Shown: positions 49,443 through 59,632 of the stretch, in pieces | Layout of the letters: each line of letters starts with the position of its first letter | Position numbering within the stretch: the first letter of the stretch is position 1 | From: Candidatus Cloacimonadota bacterium | GTDB taxonomy: Bacteria; Cloacimonadota; Cloacimonadia; G963667145 | Assembly: GCA_963667255.1 (NCBI GenBank) | Contig: OY762940.1 | Coordinates: forward strand, 960,001 to 1,024,000 | Reading direction: 5' to 3' | DNA length: 64,000 bases | Notes under the pieces: model-generated | What the model was told of the DNA's origin: nothing | Database searches by the model: none | The model's input: the letters and a program-made list of their open reading frames with translations, nothing else | Made by a program: the position numbers and the translations under genes

Positions 49443-51683
49443 GAGAACTCATTTTGCACCAAAATTCAAAGATAAGGTTGTTACTGACTATATTTCAACC
49501 AAAAGTTCTCTTTCTGAAGTTGCTAAAAGACATGGGATTTGTAAAAATAGTATTCTTAATTGGATACCTCAGCGAGCTAATTTATATCAGGATAATGTGT
49601 TACACAGCAATATAGATGAGACAACAATTTATATTGATGGCAAGGAAATTAAGATAAACGGTAAGCGAAAAGTTGTCTTAGTCGCCAGTAGCAAACTACT
49701 TGATAAACCAATATATTACAAGATTTATGATAGAGAACATAGTAGTTCATCTGAAGACTTTTTGAATAGACTAAAAAAAATGTATGACAACAAAATAATT
49801 GGGATTGTGTCAGATTTTGGGCGAGGGAAGTGCTTTGTTAAGCCAGTTAACCAACTTTTTGAAGATGTTCCACATCAAATTTGCTTGGTTCATTATTTAA
49901 GAAGCGTTAATATCAATGTTCCTAAAACAAAAAAGAGTAAGTTTTTTAGACGAAATATTTTCTTTAAGAACTTGATTAAGAGCATTTTAAATGCTGAAAC
50001 TTTACAAGAAGCTGAAAATAATTTAAGTTCGCTTAATCACTATGAAAAATTTTTTCGCCTAAAAATTCATAAGCGTTTTATTAAATCAATTAATCGAAAC
50101 TTTGGTTTATTAACTGCTCATTTTCATTACGATTTTTTGGATAAAACAACAAATAAAATTGAAAATATTAATCGACAATTGAATAGGAAATTAAAAAATT
50201 TAGACGGATTTAAATCTGAAAAAAATATGAATCATTTTTTGAAAATTTGGTTCAATAATTATTCAAAAGGAGTGGAAATTAGACCCAATTAAATGCACGC
50301 TCCCTAAATATTGATAAACTTACTAATCATGCAGATGGTTTTGATTATATTATTTCAGTTATAAGTGGAATCATTGCTGGAATTGTAGATTCTTTTTGGG
50401 TAGGTGAATTTAGTTTTGAAGACGCAAGAAAATGGGGAGAGGAAGCAACAAATGATTTTGTTGTTAAAATTGCTCAAAGTCAAGGCTATGATAAAAATGA
50501 TTTACAAGGTTCGATTGCTTATTTAGAAAAAAAATTTCCGTTGGCAAGTGATAGTAATGTTGCTGATTTTGGAGGGGGTCTTCAACATCATTTAAGAGAT
50601 TTTTCTCATCATCCTAATTTACTAGGGATTATTTTTTCAATGTTGTCGCAGTTTTCTGGCAATGCTTATGGCACCGATGAAAATGGTTCTTTCAAAATTG
50701 TTCCCATAAAAAATAGGGATTTAATTGGAGATAGTATTCCTAAAAAATTTATGTTTGGGGTAACTTTTTGGTTTTTTCATATGGTGAGTGATATTGCTGG
50801 TTCTAGTTCAACAGCTGGTTCTGGAACAGGTCTAGCAGGCCCCTTATTATCATTTGCTAAGGTATTGTCAGCTTTACCTTTTTTTAAAGATATAAATGTT
50901 GGTGGTAATAGATTATCTGTTGTTATTTCAAAGCTGTTTAATGGAACACTCTTTGTTGAGAGAGATGCTAAAGGGAAAATTATAAGAGAAAGTGTGAAAA
51001 AATTTGATTTTAGAACTGAGCTCGGTGTTTATAAAGAAATTGGGATACAGGCAATTCCAGTTATCTTGAACGAAGTTATTGTTAGAGCTTTCTATTTTAT
51101 TCGTCATTTTATAGATGAAATTAAAAAAAACAATATTTGTGGATTGAAAGATCTTAGATGGATTAATTGGAACAATACTCTTCCTTTCAAAAATCGAACA
51201 ATAGTTAGGATGTTAACTATTGCTACAGGAACTTTTACCGCTGTTGATTTAGCTGATGCTGCTATTCGTTCAGCAATGGAAGTTGGACCACCAACAACTT
51301 CTACTTATTGGAAGAAATTTGTGTTAAAAGTAAATTTTGTTGGAATAGGTCGATTTGCAATTGCTGTTGGTATTGATATTGGAATGGGAATCAAGCGACA
51401 ATCTCTAATTAAGGAGAGAATGCAATATCGGAGTGAAAATGTAATGCTTAAAACAGCAAAAATTTATTATCTTCAAGAAAATATGTGGATAGAAGTTATC
51501 GATACTGAAAAGTCTATAAATGATATGTGTTCAACCGCTGAAAAATCCATCATTTATTTTGTCAATTCTTGTGGAGAGATTTCTGAAAGCATAGAAAATA
51601 TAGGGGGAATTGTTAATGAGGTTGAGGAGAAAAATCCTGGATTAAATGAAAATTTAAAAGATATTTTAGAGTGGGGTTAACTA

Positions 51684-52643
51684 ATGGAAAATGCAGTTGT
51701 TAAAATTATGTCAGAAAATGGGTTAGTTTCTGTAAATGTTGATGATGTCCCCAAAATTATTGTGGATAATATTGAAACTATTTCAGAGCTTGAAAGGAAG
51801 GTTAGGAGTGCTGAAAAATCTGCTAATGAAGCAATGGATTTTTTTGGTAAGCAAATGGCTCATTATGAGGAAAGAGGGGTATGGTTTTTTAAATATCGTA
51901 CTGGAAATACAAAAGATATAGTTGAAGATACTCAAAAAGCGTTGGAAAAGTCGCTTCAAGCTCAACAGGTAAATAATGAGGCTTTGACAATGGTGCTTGA
52001 TTTTCAAAAGAAACTAGCGAAAACAACAAAGTATTTATTTGATTTAGGTTGTGCTAACATAACTATGAATAGGATTACTGTAAAAGCGATTGAAAAGAAA
52101 TTGTCTGGTGCAAGCAAAGAAGAAATTTCTGAATTGGCAAAACAAGAATTAATTTCTGTTGTTAGGCAATTGAAAGCACAAGAAGATATACATAAAAAAC
52201 AAGAATTTTTAACTTCTAAGGTAAAAGATAGTTTATCTCGATTGAAGGAAAAAGATAATTTAGATAAAGAACAATCTGAAAACATAGAATCTTTGATTAA
52301 TGAGAGTAGTATTCATGAAAAAAGAATTTTGAAATTGCATGAAAATCTTTCAGAAAAAGACATAATAGATGAGGAACAAACTCAACGACTTGAAAATCTC
52401 GATAGACTTTTGTCATCGAAAGAGATCGTTGATAAACAGCAAGAAGAGAGTATCACTAAGAATAAATTATCAATTAATAAGAATACAGAAGCAATTAAGA
52501 TACTTGTTGAGTATATGCAACAGAAAGATTTGCTAGATAAAGAACAAACTGAGAAAATTAAATTTTTGAAAATAGCTGTAATTATTTTGATTGTTTTTGT
52601 AATTTGTGAAGTAGCTATTTTATTATTTCAATTTTTGCCGTAA
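51684..52643 (+). CDS. Hypothetical coiled-coil protein with C-terminal TM anchor
   Basis: Heptad-rich, recurring K(D/E)xxD(K/E)xQ motif, hydrophobic C-terminus. Confidence 0.7.
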   Translation: MENAVVKIMSENGLVSVNVDDVPKIIVDNIETISELERKVRSAEKSANEAMDFFGKQMAHYEERGVWFFKYRTGNTKDIVEDTQKALEKSLQAQQVNNEALTMVLDFQKKLAKTTKYLFDLGCANITMNRITVKAIEKKLSGASKEEISELAKQELISVVRQLKAQEDIHKKQEFLTSKVKDSLSRLKEKDNLDKEQSENIESLINESSIHEKRILKLHENLSEKDIIDEEQTQRLENLDRLLSSKEIVDKQQEESITKNKLSINKNTEAIKILVEYMQQKDLLDKEQTEKIKFLKIAVIILIVFVICEVAILLFQFLP

Positions 52644-52694
52644 AATATTGTATTATTATTGAATTAAATTTAGGGCTAATGTTAATTCTTTACC

Positions 52695-53651
52695 TCAAAA
52701 TTCCCATGCTCCTTGCAGTGAAATAAAATATCCCTCATCAACGCTTCTTGTTGTTTTAGCCTTCCCCTTGTAATACAGCTCGCGGGCATTAAAAGTGTAT
52801 CCAGAGGAAATTTTGAGGAAAGACAAATCCAATTCCCCGAAAATTGAGTTGTATTGGAGTTCGATAGATTCCTTATCATCTGAGGAGTTGTAAGCTCTTT
52901 TGGTCAAATCAAATCCGCCGTAGTTAGCATTCTTAAAGCCGACGGCGACACCCGCAAAATCGCCAAGTTTGTGATTTTCATCGAAAAATCGGTAATGCAA
53001 TTTGGTCTCAAAAAGCAAATCTCGCTCATCGCGAAATTGGTCGATTCTTCCATCAAAACTTGCTCTGAGTTTGTTTTTTGGGAAGAAAGTCATATCCAAA
53101 TTTGGCGAAGAGATAAACTCAAATTTTGTTTCCACAAATTCACTAACGGAGCTTATCCTAAGAAACGGAACGGGGAAGAGAACCCAAGGCTTGCCGTCTG
53201 CATACTCTATCCCAAAATCACTCACTGCCAAGCCTCCGCCGAAAACAAGCGAAAAATCTTTTCTATCGATAAATTTGTGCCCATACACCACAGCGGTTTG
53301 CAAGGTTTGCACTTCCATTTTTTCAGGGTGGTCGGTGTAGGAGCTATACAAAAATAAAAATTGCGATTTCTCCGTGTGATATTCGCTGATGAAGTCGATG
53401 CCGATGTAGGATTGCGGATAGTCTGACAAGAGACTTTTTTCAAACTCAAAAAGCGAGGTAAACCCCACAATGAGAAGATTTTTGTTTTGAATTACCAAAC
53501 CAAAGTTGCTGTTTTTGAGGGATTGTTTGTCGGTGTGAAAATAGTCGTATTGCACAATGGGGATAAAACTGGTTTTCTTTTCCTCTTGGGCAAAAATGCT
53601 TGCTGGGAAGATAAGCAGAAGTAGGAGCGAGAGTTTTAAATATTTTTTCAT
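52695..53651 (-). CDS. Putative outer-membrane protein
   Basis: Signal peptide, amphipathic beta-strands, C-terminal aromatic (AWEF). Confidence 0.65.
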   Translation of the reverse strand: MKKYLKLSLLLLLIFPASIFAQEEKKTSFIPIVQYDYFHTDKQSLKNSNFGLVIQNKNLLIVGFTSLFEFEKSLLSDYPQSYIGIDFISEYHTEKSQFLFLYSSYTDHPEKMEVQTLQTAVVYGHKFIDRKDFSLVFGGGLAVSDFGIEYADGKPWVLFPVPFLRISSVSEFVETKFEFISSPNLDMTFFPKNKLRASFDGRIDQFRDERDLLFETKLHYRFFDENHKLGDFAGVAVGFKNANYGGFDLTKRAYNSSDDKESIELQYNSIFGELDLSFLKISSGYTFNARELYYKGKAKTTRSVDEGYFISLQGAWEF

Positions 53652-54352
53652 AATGTTGTGATGAGTTCCTTGTATTTTTGTTTTAATTCGTGTATTAGCA
53701 GGATTTCGGCGATTTTCTCCGAGTCGATGCTCAAAAGTTGGGACAAAGCGAAGACAAAACCTGCGATAGTGTCGTTGACCGATTTTTTTTTATCTTGGAT
53801 TTTGTCATCAAAAATAATGCTGTTCAGCTGTTCGGTGGTGCTGATGTCCAAGTTGAAAATGAGATTGGCGATAGTCTTGGCAGAGCAAGGGAAAGCACAT
53901 TCGTCGTTGTTTTTGCCGACTTCAAAGATGATGCTGAAAACTTCCGTATAAATTTTTTGGGCGTATTTGCCCAATAGCTGGTTGACAGCGGCGTTCTCCA
54001 CAGAAAATGTATTGGCTTTTTTCGGTTTGACAAAAGAGGTAGCCGAGGTGTTTAGTTGCATTGAGCGGGCGATTTTCATGGTTTCGTAAATCTTTTCGGA
54101 CATCGTCAGCTTGTCGTTGTTTGCTATCGGCATAAATTTCTCTTTCAAAAATTTGTAGTAGTTGAGGCAAATTTCGTTCAGCACAGCCTCTTTGGAGACA
54201 AAGTGATGATACATCGCACCCTTGGACAGCCCGCACTCCTTGGCAATTTGAGCGATGGAGGTGTTTTCGTAGCCTTGGGCATAAAAAAGTTTTTCCGCCA
54301 CTTCCAAGATATTTGTTATGGTTTTCTCTTTTTGTGATTCTCTTATATTCAT
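53648..54352 (-). CDS. TetR/AcrR family regulator
   Basis: AEKLF..QGYENTSIAQIA..CGLSKGAMYHHFVSKE. Confidence 0.93.
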   Translation of the reverse strand: MNIRESQKEKTITNILEVAEKLFYAQGYENTSIAQIAKECGLSKGAMYHHFVSKEAVLNEICLNYYKFLKEKFMPIANNDKLTMSEKIYETMKIARSMQLNTSATSFVKPKKANTFSVENAAVNQLLGKYAQKIYTEVFSIIFEVGKNNDECAFPCSAKTIANLIFNLDISTTEQLNSIIFDDKIQDKKKSVNDTIAGFVFALSQLLSIDSEKIAEILLIHELKQKYKELITTL

Positions 54353-54366
54353 AAAAACAACATAAA

Positions 54367-54389
54367 TATTGACTGACCGTCGGTCAATA
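54367..54389. promoter_or_regulatory. Probable TetR operator
   Basis: TATTGACTGACCG-T-CGGTCAATA palindrome in the short divergent intergenic region. Confidence 0.7.
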
Positions 54390-54425
54390 AGTTTGTTGAA
54401 TTTATTTTATTTTGTGGAGGAAGAG

Positions 54426-55253
54426 ATGTTGGAACGATATAACAAAACGCTTACTTTTTACGGATATTCTTTGGTGATACCTTGGATTTTGTGGTTTACG
54501 GTGGCTTATCTTAGCCACTTGCCTCGTCAAAATTGCTTGCTACAATTTGCTCAACAGACATTGGCAATTGTGGGACTTTTTGCACCTACTTTGGTAGCTC
54601 TTTATCTTTTTATGAAAGACGAAGTTTTGAAAAAAGATTTGCTGAATCGCTTGTTCAAATTTGAGAAAGTGGAGAAAAAATTCATCTTCTTAACCTTTTG
54701 TTTATTGCCTATTTCGATTATTTTGGCACAATTTATTTCTCTGTTTTTCGGTCATGATTTGGGGCAATTTTACATCTCGGGCAAACCATCGTTTACCTCT
54801 TTTTTGTTGTCGCCGTGGCTTATACTGATTTTGGCTCCCATCGTGGAAGAGTTGGCTTGGCACTCCTACGGCACGGACACTCTCAGGCGGAAGTTCAATC
54901 TGTTCAACACTTGCCTGATTTTTGGATTTTATTGGGTGCTGTGGCATTTGCCATTGGGTTTCATCAAAGGCTATTTTCACAGCAATGTGATTGCCGAAGG
55001 TTGGATTTACACACTAAATTACATTTTCAGCCTTTTTGTCTTCGTTATTCTGATGAATTGGCTTTACTTCAAGGCGAAGAGGAATATTTTGGTCACGATT
55101 ATTTTTCATCTTATGGCAAATATTTCCAACGAAATTTTTGCGACGCATCCCGATAGCAAAGTTATTCAGACTGGATTGCTCTTATTTGTGGCAATAGCAG
55201 TTCTTTATAAAGATAGGAAGATGTTTTTTTTGCAAAGTAAAGGGAGAAAATGA
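54426..55253 (+). CDS. CPBP/CAAX (Abi) intramembrane protease
   Basis: EELAW, WVLWHLP and FHLMAN motifs. GGAGG then ATG 54426. Confidence 0.9.
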   Translation: MLERYNKTLTFYGYSLVIPWILWFTVAYLSHLPRQNCLLQFAQQTLAIVGLFAPTLVALYLFMKDEVLKKDLLNRLFKFEKVEKKFIFLTFCLLPISIILAQFISLFFGHDLGQFYISGKPSFTSFLLSPWLILILAPIVEELAWHSYGTDTLRRKFNLFNTCLIFGFYWVLWHLPLGFIKGYFHSNVIAEGWIYTLNYIFSLFVFVILMNWLYFKAKRNILVTIIFHLMANISNEIFATHPDSKVIQTGLLLFVAIAVLYKDRKMFFLQSKGRK

Positions 55254-55594
55254 TGGCAATTAGCCAAGAATTTATTGATTACCTAATCGACCAAATCGTG
55301 GATGCGGGGGAAATTACCGCTAAGAGAATGTTTGGGGGATGTGCGATTTATTCCGATGGGAAAATTTTCGGTTTGATTGGCGATGGTAAGTTGTTTATCA
55401 AGCCGACTAAATCGGGCAAGGAGTTTATCGGACAAGTGACGGAAGAACCACCCTACGAAGGAGCGAAGCCTTATTTTCTCATTGAGGAGAGAATTGAAGA
55501 CAGCCAGTGGTTGAGCGAGTTGGTTAGGCTGTCTTGCGATGAGTTGCCGATGCAAAAGAGACGAGAATCGAAGAAAAAACCATCTGTTCACTAA
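55250..55594 (+). CDS. TfoX/Sxy N-terminal domain protein
   Basis: KRMFGG, LFIKPT and PPYEGAKPYF motifs. Confidence 0.88.
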   Translation: MMAISQEFIDYLIDQIVDAGEITAKRMFGGCAIYSDGKIFGLIGDGKLFIKPTKSGKEFIGQVTEEPPYEGAKPYFLIEERIEDSQWLSELVRLSCDELPMQKRRESKKKPSVH

Positions 55595-55816
55595 AATAAA
55601 GCTAATCTTTGCGAATCTCTTTTAGTGCTCTGCTTTTACGATGAAGTCACTTGATAGAAGTTTTCCAAAATATTATAATTGACAAAAATAACCTCAATTA
55701 AGTATAAACAACAGAGTTGCTTATTGTCCCTAAAAATTAGTTATGTATGGGCATAACTTCATAGTTTGCAGAAACTTATCACGAAAAATTTTGAGAGAAA
55801 CAAAAGGAGAACTTAA

Positions 55817-58069
55817 ATGATAAACAAAACTCTGATTACCGGTTTCCCTAGAATCGGAGAAAAACGCGAGTTAAAGAAGAAGTTGGAAGCTTATTGGTCA
55901 GGCAAAATCAGTTTGCAAGACCTCCAAGATGCTGCCAAAGAGTTGCGGAAAAAGCACTGGCTTGAGCAAAAAGATAGAGGAATCGAATACATCAGTTCAA
56001 ACGATTTTAGTTATTACGATTTGATGTTGGACACTTCCGTGATGCTGAACGCTATACCGGCGAGATTTCGCAATATTGCCGATAGCACAGAGAGATATTT
56101 TGCCATGGCGAGAGGTAATGCCGATGCAGTGGCGATGGCGATGACTAAGTGGTTTAACTCTAACTATCACTATATTGCTCCCGAGTTGGACAGCAAAACA
56201 GATTTCAAACTTAATGTGGACAAGATTATCAGCGATTACAAAGAGGCTAAAGATTTGGGTATTGCCACTAAGATTAACTTGATAGGTCCTATCACTTTTA
56301 CCGGATTGTCCAAGACCGCTGACGGCGAAGACTCTTTCGGTTATTTCGACAAAATTCTTGCTGTTTACAAAGAGCTGTTGAAGACGATAACAGAGTTGGA
56401 TAGCACGGTTACCGTTCAGTTTGATGAGCCTATTTTTGTGAAAAATCCATCTGCGAAGATTTTGTCGCTTGTTAAGAAAACTTATTCAGAGCTTGCCAGC
56501 GTTAGTGATAAGATTAAGATAATTGTTACTTCGTATTTTGAGCACTCTTGCGAAGCTGTGAGTGAGCTTGCCGATACTTCCGTTTGGGGCATCGGGCTCG
56601 ATTTTGTTCATGGTAGCAAAAATTTGGAATGTCTCAAAGCTATCGGTGGCAAAACGCTTATTGCGGGTGTTGTTGACGGCAGGAATATTTGGCGTAACGA
56701 TTTTGCCCAATCTTTGGAACTTCTGGAGAAAATCAGTAAGGTTGTTCCCAGGGAGCAAATTATCGTTTCCACTGCTTGTTCGCTCTTGCATGTTCCGTAT
56801 TCTCTGCGTAATGAACCTGATAGCGACATCAAGCAATGGCTCGCTTTTGCTGTGGAGAAGGTGAAAGAGGTTGCTTTCCTCGGCAAAGTTTTTCATGGAG
56901 AAACTCTTTCTACTGAAGATAAAGCACAACTTGAGAGTAACAAAAAAATATTGGATGCGAAAAAGAGTTCCGCATTGATTACCGATAGTGCCGTAACCGA
57001 CAGAGTGAAAAATATTTCCAAAGTCGTGAGAGACGGTAAGTTTGCCGAGAGAATAGCTGTTCAGAGAGAAAAATTGAATCTGCCCGATTTGCCGACGACC
57101 ACTATTGGTAGTTTCCCGCAAACTCCCGAGCTTCGTAAAACACGGTTGGCACTCAAAAAAGGCAACATTTCGTATGCTGAGTATGAAGCCGAAATCAAAG
57201 GGTATATTGACGATTGTGTCTCTTTCCAAGAGGAAATTGGGCTTGATGTTTTGGTGCATGGCGAGCCTGAACGAAACGATATGGTGGAATATTTTGGTGA
57301 GTTGATGAAGGGCTTCCATTTTACCAAGAACGGTTGGGTGCAAAGCTATGGCAGTCGTTGTGTGAAACCGCCTGTGATTTATGGAGATATTAGTCGTCCG
57401 GAAGCTATGACTGTGAAATGGATTTCGTATGCACAAAGCAAAACCAAAAACATCATGAAGGGTATGTTGACTGGTCCTGTGACCATCATCAACTGGTCTT
57501 TTGTCAGGAACGATATGCAGCGGGCTGTGATTGCCAATCAAATTGCTTTGGCTCTCAGCGACGAGATTGACGATTTGCAAAATGCGGGTATCGCCGTTAT
57601 ACAAGTGGATGAGGCTGCTTTCAAGGAAGGTTATCCTCTGCGTAAGGAAAACATCGGAGCGTATGAGAAGTGGGCTTTGGATAGTTTCAAGTTGTCCGTC
57701 TCTTCCGCTAGACTGGAGACCCAAATCCACACTCATATGTGTTACAGCGATTTCAACGATATTATGCCGACTATTCAGGCGATGGATGCCGATGTTATTA
57801 CCATCGAGACTGCCAGAAGCGGTAACAGACTGTTGCAGGTTTTCAAGCAAACCGGTTACAGCAACGAAATCGGACCGGGAGTGTATGACATTCACTCTCC
57901 ACGGATTCCGTCGGTTGACGAGTTCAAAAAGCAGATTGTGGAGAGACTTGAGGTTGTTGATAGACCTAAGATGTGGGTCAATCCCGATTGCGGACTTAAG
58001 ACCAGAAAGTGGGAAGAGGTCAAACCTGCTTTGAGCAATATGGTGCAGGCTACCAAAGAGTTAAGATAA
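55817..58069 (+). CDS. metE: Cobalamin-independent methionine synthase
   Basis: GFPRIG..RELK, KWFNSNYHY, TTTIGSFPQT, HTHMCY and NPDCGLKTR motifs. Confidence 0.98.
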   Translation: MINKTLITGFPRIGEKRELKKKLEAYWSGKISLQDLQDAAKELRKKHWLEQKDRGIEYISSNDFSYYDLMLDTSVMLNAIPARFRNIADSTERYFAMARGNADAVAMAMTKWFNSNYHYIAPELDSKTDFKLNVDKIISDYKEAKDLGIATKINLIGPITFTGLSKTADGEDSFGYFDKILAVYKELLKTITELDSTVTVQFDEPIFVKNPSAKILSLVKKTYSELASVSDKIKIIVTSYFEHSCEAVSELADTSVWGIGLDFVHGSKNLECLKAIGGKTLIAGVVDGRNIWRNDFAQSLELLEKISKVVPREQIIVSTACSLLHVPYSLRNEPDSDIKQWLAFAVEKVKEVAFLGKVFHGETLSTEDKAQLESNKKILDAKKSSALITDSAVTDRVKNISKVVRDGKFAERIAVQREKLNLPDLPTTTIGSFPQTPELRKTRLALKKGNISYAEYEAEIKGYIDDCVSFQEEIGLDVLVHGEPERNDMVEYFGELMKGFHFTKNGWVQSYGSRCVKPPVIYGDISRPEAMTVKWISYAQSKTKNIMKGMLTGPVTIINWSFVRNDMQRAVIANQIALALSDEIDDLQNAGIAVIQVDEAAFKEGYPLRKENIGAYEKWALDSFKLSVSSARLETQIHTHMCYSDFNDIMPTIQAMDADVITIETARSGNRLLQVFKQTGYSNEIGPGVYDIHSPRIPSVDEFKKQIVERLEVVDRPKMWVNPDCGLKTRKWEEVKPALSNMVQATKELR

Positions 58070-58088
58070 ATGAAAATGCAATAATTGT

Positions 58089-58124
58089 TAGGCTCTGCTG
58101 TAAACGGTAGAGCCTATCTTTTTT
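58089..58124 (+). terminator. Intrinsic terminator
   Basis: TAGGCTCTGCTG-taaa-CGGTAGAGCCTA-TCTTTTTT. Confidence 0.8.
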
Positions 58125-58151
58125 GTAAATTTGAACGGTTTTTAGGAAAAT

Positions 58152-59195
58152 ATGATGTTAGAAGATTTGGGATACGACAGCCATTTTGAAGAGATACGAC
58201 TGAAAAATAATTTTGCCTATTCCGAGATAGGTCGAGTTTCGTTGGTGCACAGAGACAAATGCATTGTCAAAACTCCGCATGCCGATTGCGAGGGGATTAC
58301 TTCGGGTAGCTTGAGATTTACCAAAAATTTTCCTGCTGTGGGAGATTGGGTTGTTTTTTCGGATAGTGGGTTTGACAAGGTAACAATCAAGGAAATTTTA
58401 CCGCGAAAGAATTTCTTGGAACGGCAATCTTCCGGCAAGAGCGTTGAGGGGCAAATTATTGCAGCCAATGTGGATTTCGCCTTTGTGGTGCAAGCTGTTG
58501 ATTACGATTTCAGTCTGAATCGCTTGGAGAGATATTTGGCGATTTGCAAATCTGCGACGATAGAGCCGATAGTGATTTTGAGCAAAATTGATTTGCTGGA
58601 AGATGAAGAAGTTCAGTTGCTTACATCGCAAATCCACGGCAGAATGGGAACTGTTAAAGTTATTTGTCTGAGTAATAAAGAGTTGCTTGGCTTGAACGAA
58701 ATCAAGAATTTGCTGGGTAAGGGCAAAACTTTTTGTTTGCTGGGTTCATCGGGAGTTGGCAAATCAAGTCTGATTAACAATCTTTTGGGTAGCGACATCA
58801 TGAAAACCGCCGAAATAAGTGTCAGCACAAATAAAGGCAGGCATTCCACCACACACAGAGAGCTGTTTGTTTTGCCCGAAGGTGGAATTTTGATAGATAA
58901 TCCCGGTATTCGTGAGGTTGGTTTGACGAATGTAGCTGGTGGTTTAACCGAAACTTTCGGGGAAATTGCGAAATTGAGCAAAGAGTGCAAATTCAAAGAT
59001 TGTTCGCATACGAAAGAGATTGGTTGTGCTGTATTGGGAGCACTGGAAAACGGCGAACTTGACGAAGATTTGTATCAGAACTATTTGAAGATGAAAAAAG
59101 AGAGCGAAGTTTTTGCCGCCACCACTGAGCAGAAACGCAAAAAAGAGAAGAATTTTTCTAAGAAAATCAAGAATTACAAAAAGTTTAACAGATAA
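58152..59195 (+). CDS. rsgA: Ribosome small-subunit-dependent GTPase A
   Basis: AVGDWV, SKID, GSSGVGKS, GRHSTT, DNPG and CKFKDCSH..E.GC motifs. Confidence 0.95.
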   Translation: MMLEDLGYDSHFEEIRLKNNFAYSEIGRVSLVHRDKCIVKTPHADCEGITSGSLRFTKNFPAVGDWVVFSDSGFDKVTIKEILPRKNFLERQSSGKSVEGQIIAANVDFAFVVQAVDYDFSLNRLERYLAICKSATIEPIVILSKIDLLEDEEVQLLTSQIHGRMGTVKVICLSNKELLGLNEIKNLLGKGKTFCLLGSSGVGKSSLINNLLGSDIMKTAEISVSTNKGRHSTTHRELFVLPEGGILIDNPGIREVGLTNVAGGLTETFGEIAKLSKECKFKDCSHTKEIGCAVLGALENGELDEDLYQNYLKMKKESEVFAATTEQKRKKEKNFSKKIKNYKKFNR

Positions 59196-59203
59196 AAGTT
59201 TTT

Positions 59204-59632
59204 ATGAGATTGTGGTCGTTGCATCCGAAATACCTTGATGTTAAAGGGCTTTTGGCTCTTTGGCGAGAGTCGTTGTTGGCTAAAAAGGTTTTGGAAGGCA
59301 AAACCAACGGCTATAAAAATCATCCTCAGCTTATTCGTTTTAAGGAATTGGAAAATCCCTTGGAGGCGATTAATTCCTATTTGCAGGAAATTTGGCAAGA
59401 AGCGGATACACGGGGCTATAAGTTTGATAAAGCTAAGTTTACAGTCTCTTGTGAAGTCGATAAAATAGCAGTTACCAGTGGGCAAATTGAGTTTGAGCGA
59501 AAGCATTTGCTCCGAAAATTGGCAGTCAGAGACTCGGGGAAAAGGAAAATTTTGGAACAGGCTTCAGTTTGCGAACTTCATCCACTATTTGTGGAAATCT
59601 CCGGCGAAATCGCCGATTGGGAAAAGGTTTAG
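59204..59632 (+). CDS. Pyrimidine-dimer DNA glycosylase / endonuclease V-like protein
   Basis: MRLWSLHPKYLD..GLLALWRE, GYKNHPQLIRF and RGYKF motifs. Confidence 0.88.
   Translation: MRLWSLHPKYLDVKGLLALWRESLLAKKVLEGKTNGYKNHPQLIRFKELENPLEAINSYLQEIWQEADTRGYKFDKAKFTVSCEVDKIAVTSGQIEFERKHLLRKLAVRDSGKRKILEQASVCELHPLFVEISGEIADWEKV

Larger units (their letters stand above)
48075..50304 (+). mobile_element. IS256-like copy 2 (outer, disrupted by copy 3)
   Basis: Target duplication TAAATATT. Length 2230 = 2 x 1111 + 8. Confidence 0.92.
47868..51680 (+). pseudogene. Hypothetical ~524-aa protein split by nested IS256-like elements
   Basis: 69 codons before 48075. After the TAAATATT duplicate the frame resumes at 50313 (DKLTNHADGFDY...) and runs in frame into ORF 50541-51680. 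Confidence 0.82.

Noticed and set aside
55700..55816. SAM or cobalamin riboswitch upstream of metE
   Set aside because: Only a CTTATC fragment and a small AGTTATG/CATAACT hairpin are visible. The aptamer cores are absent and the leader is short. An Rfam scan would settle it.
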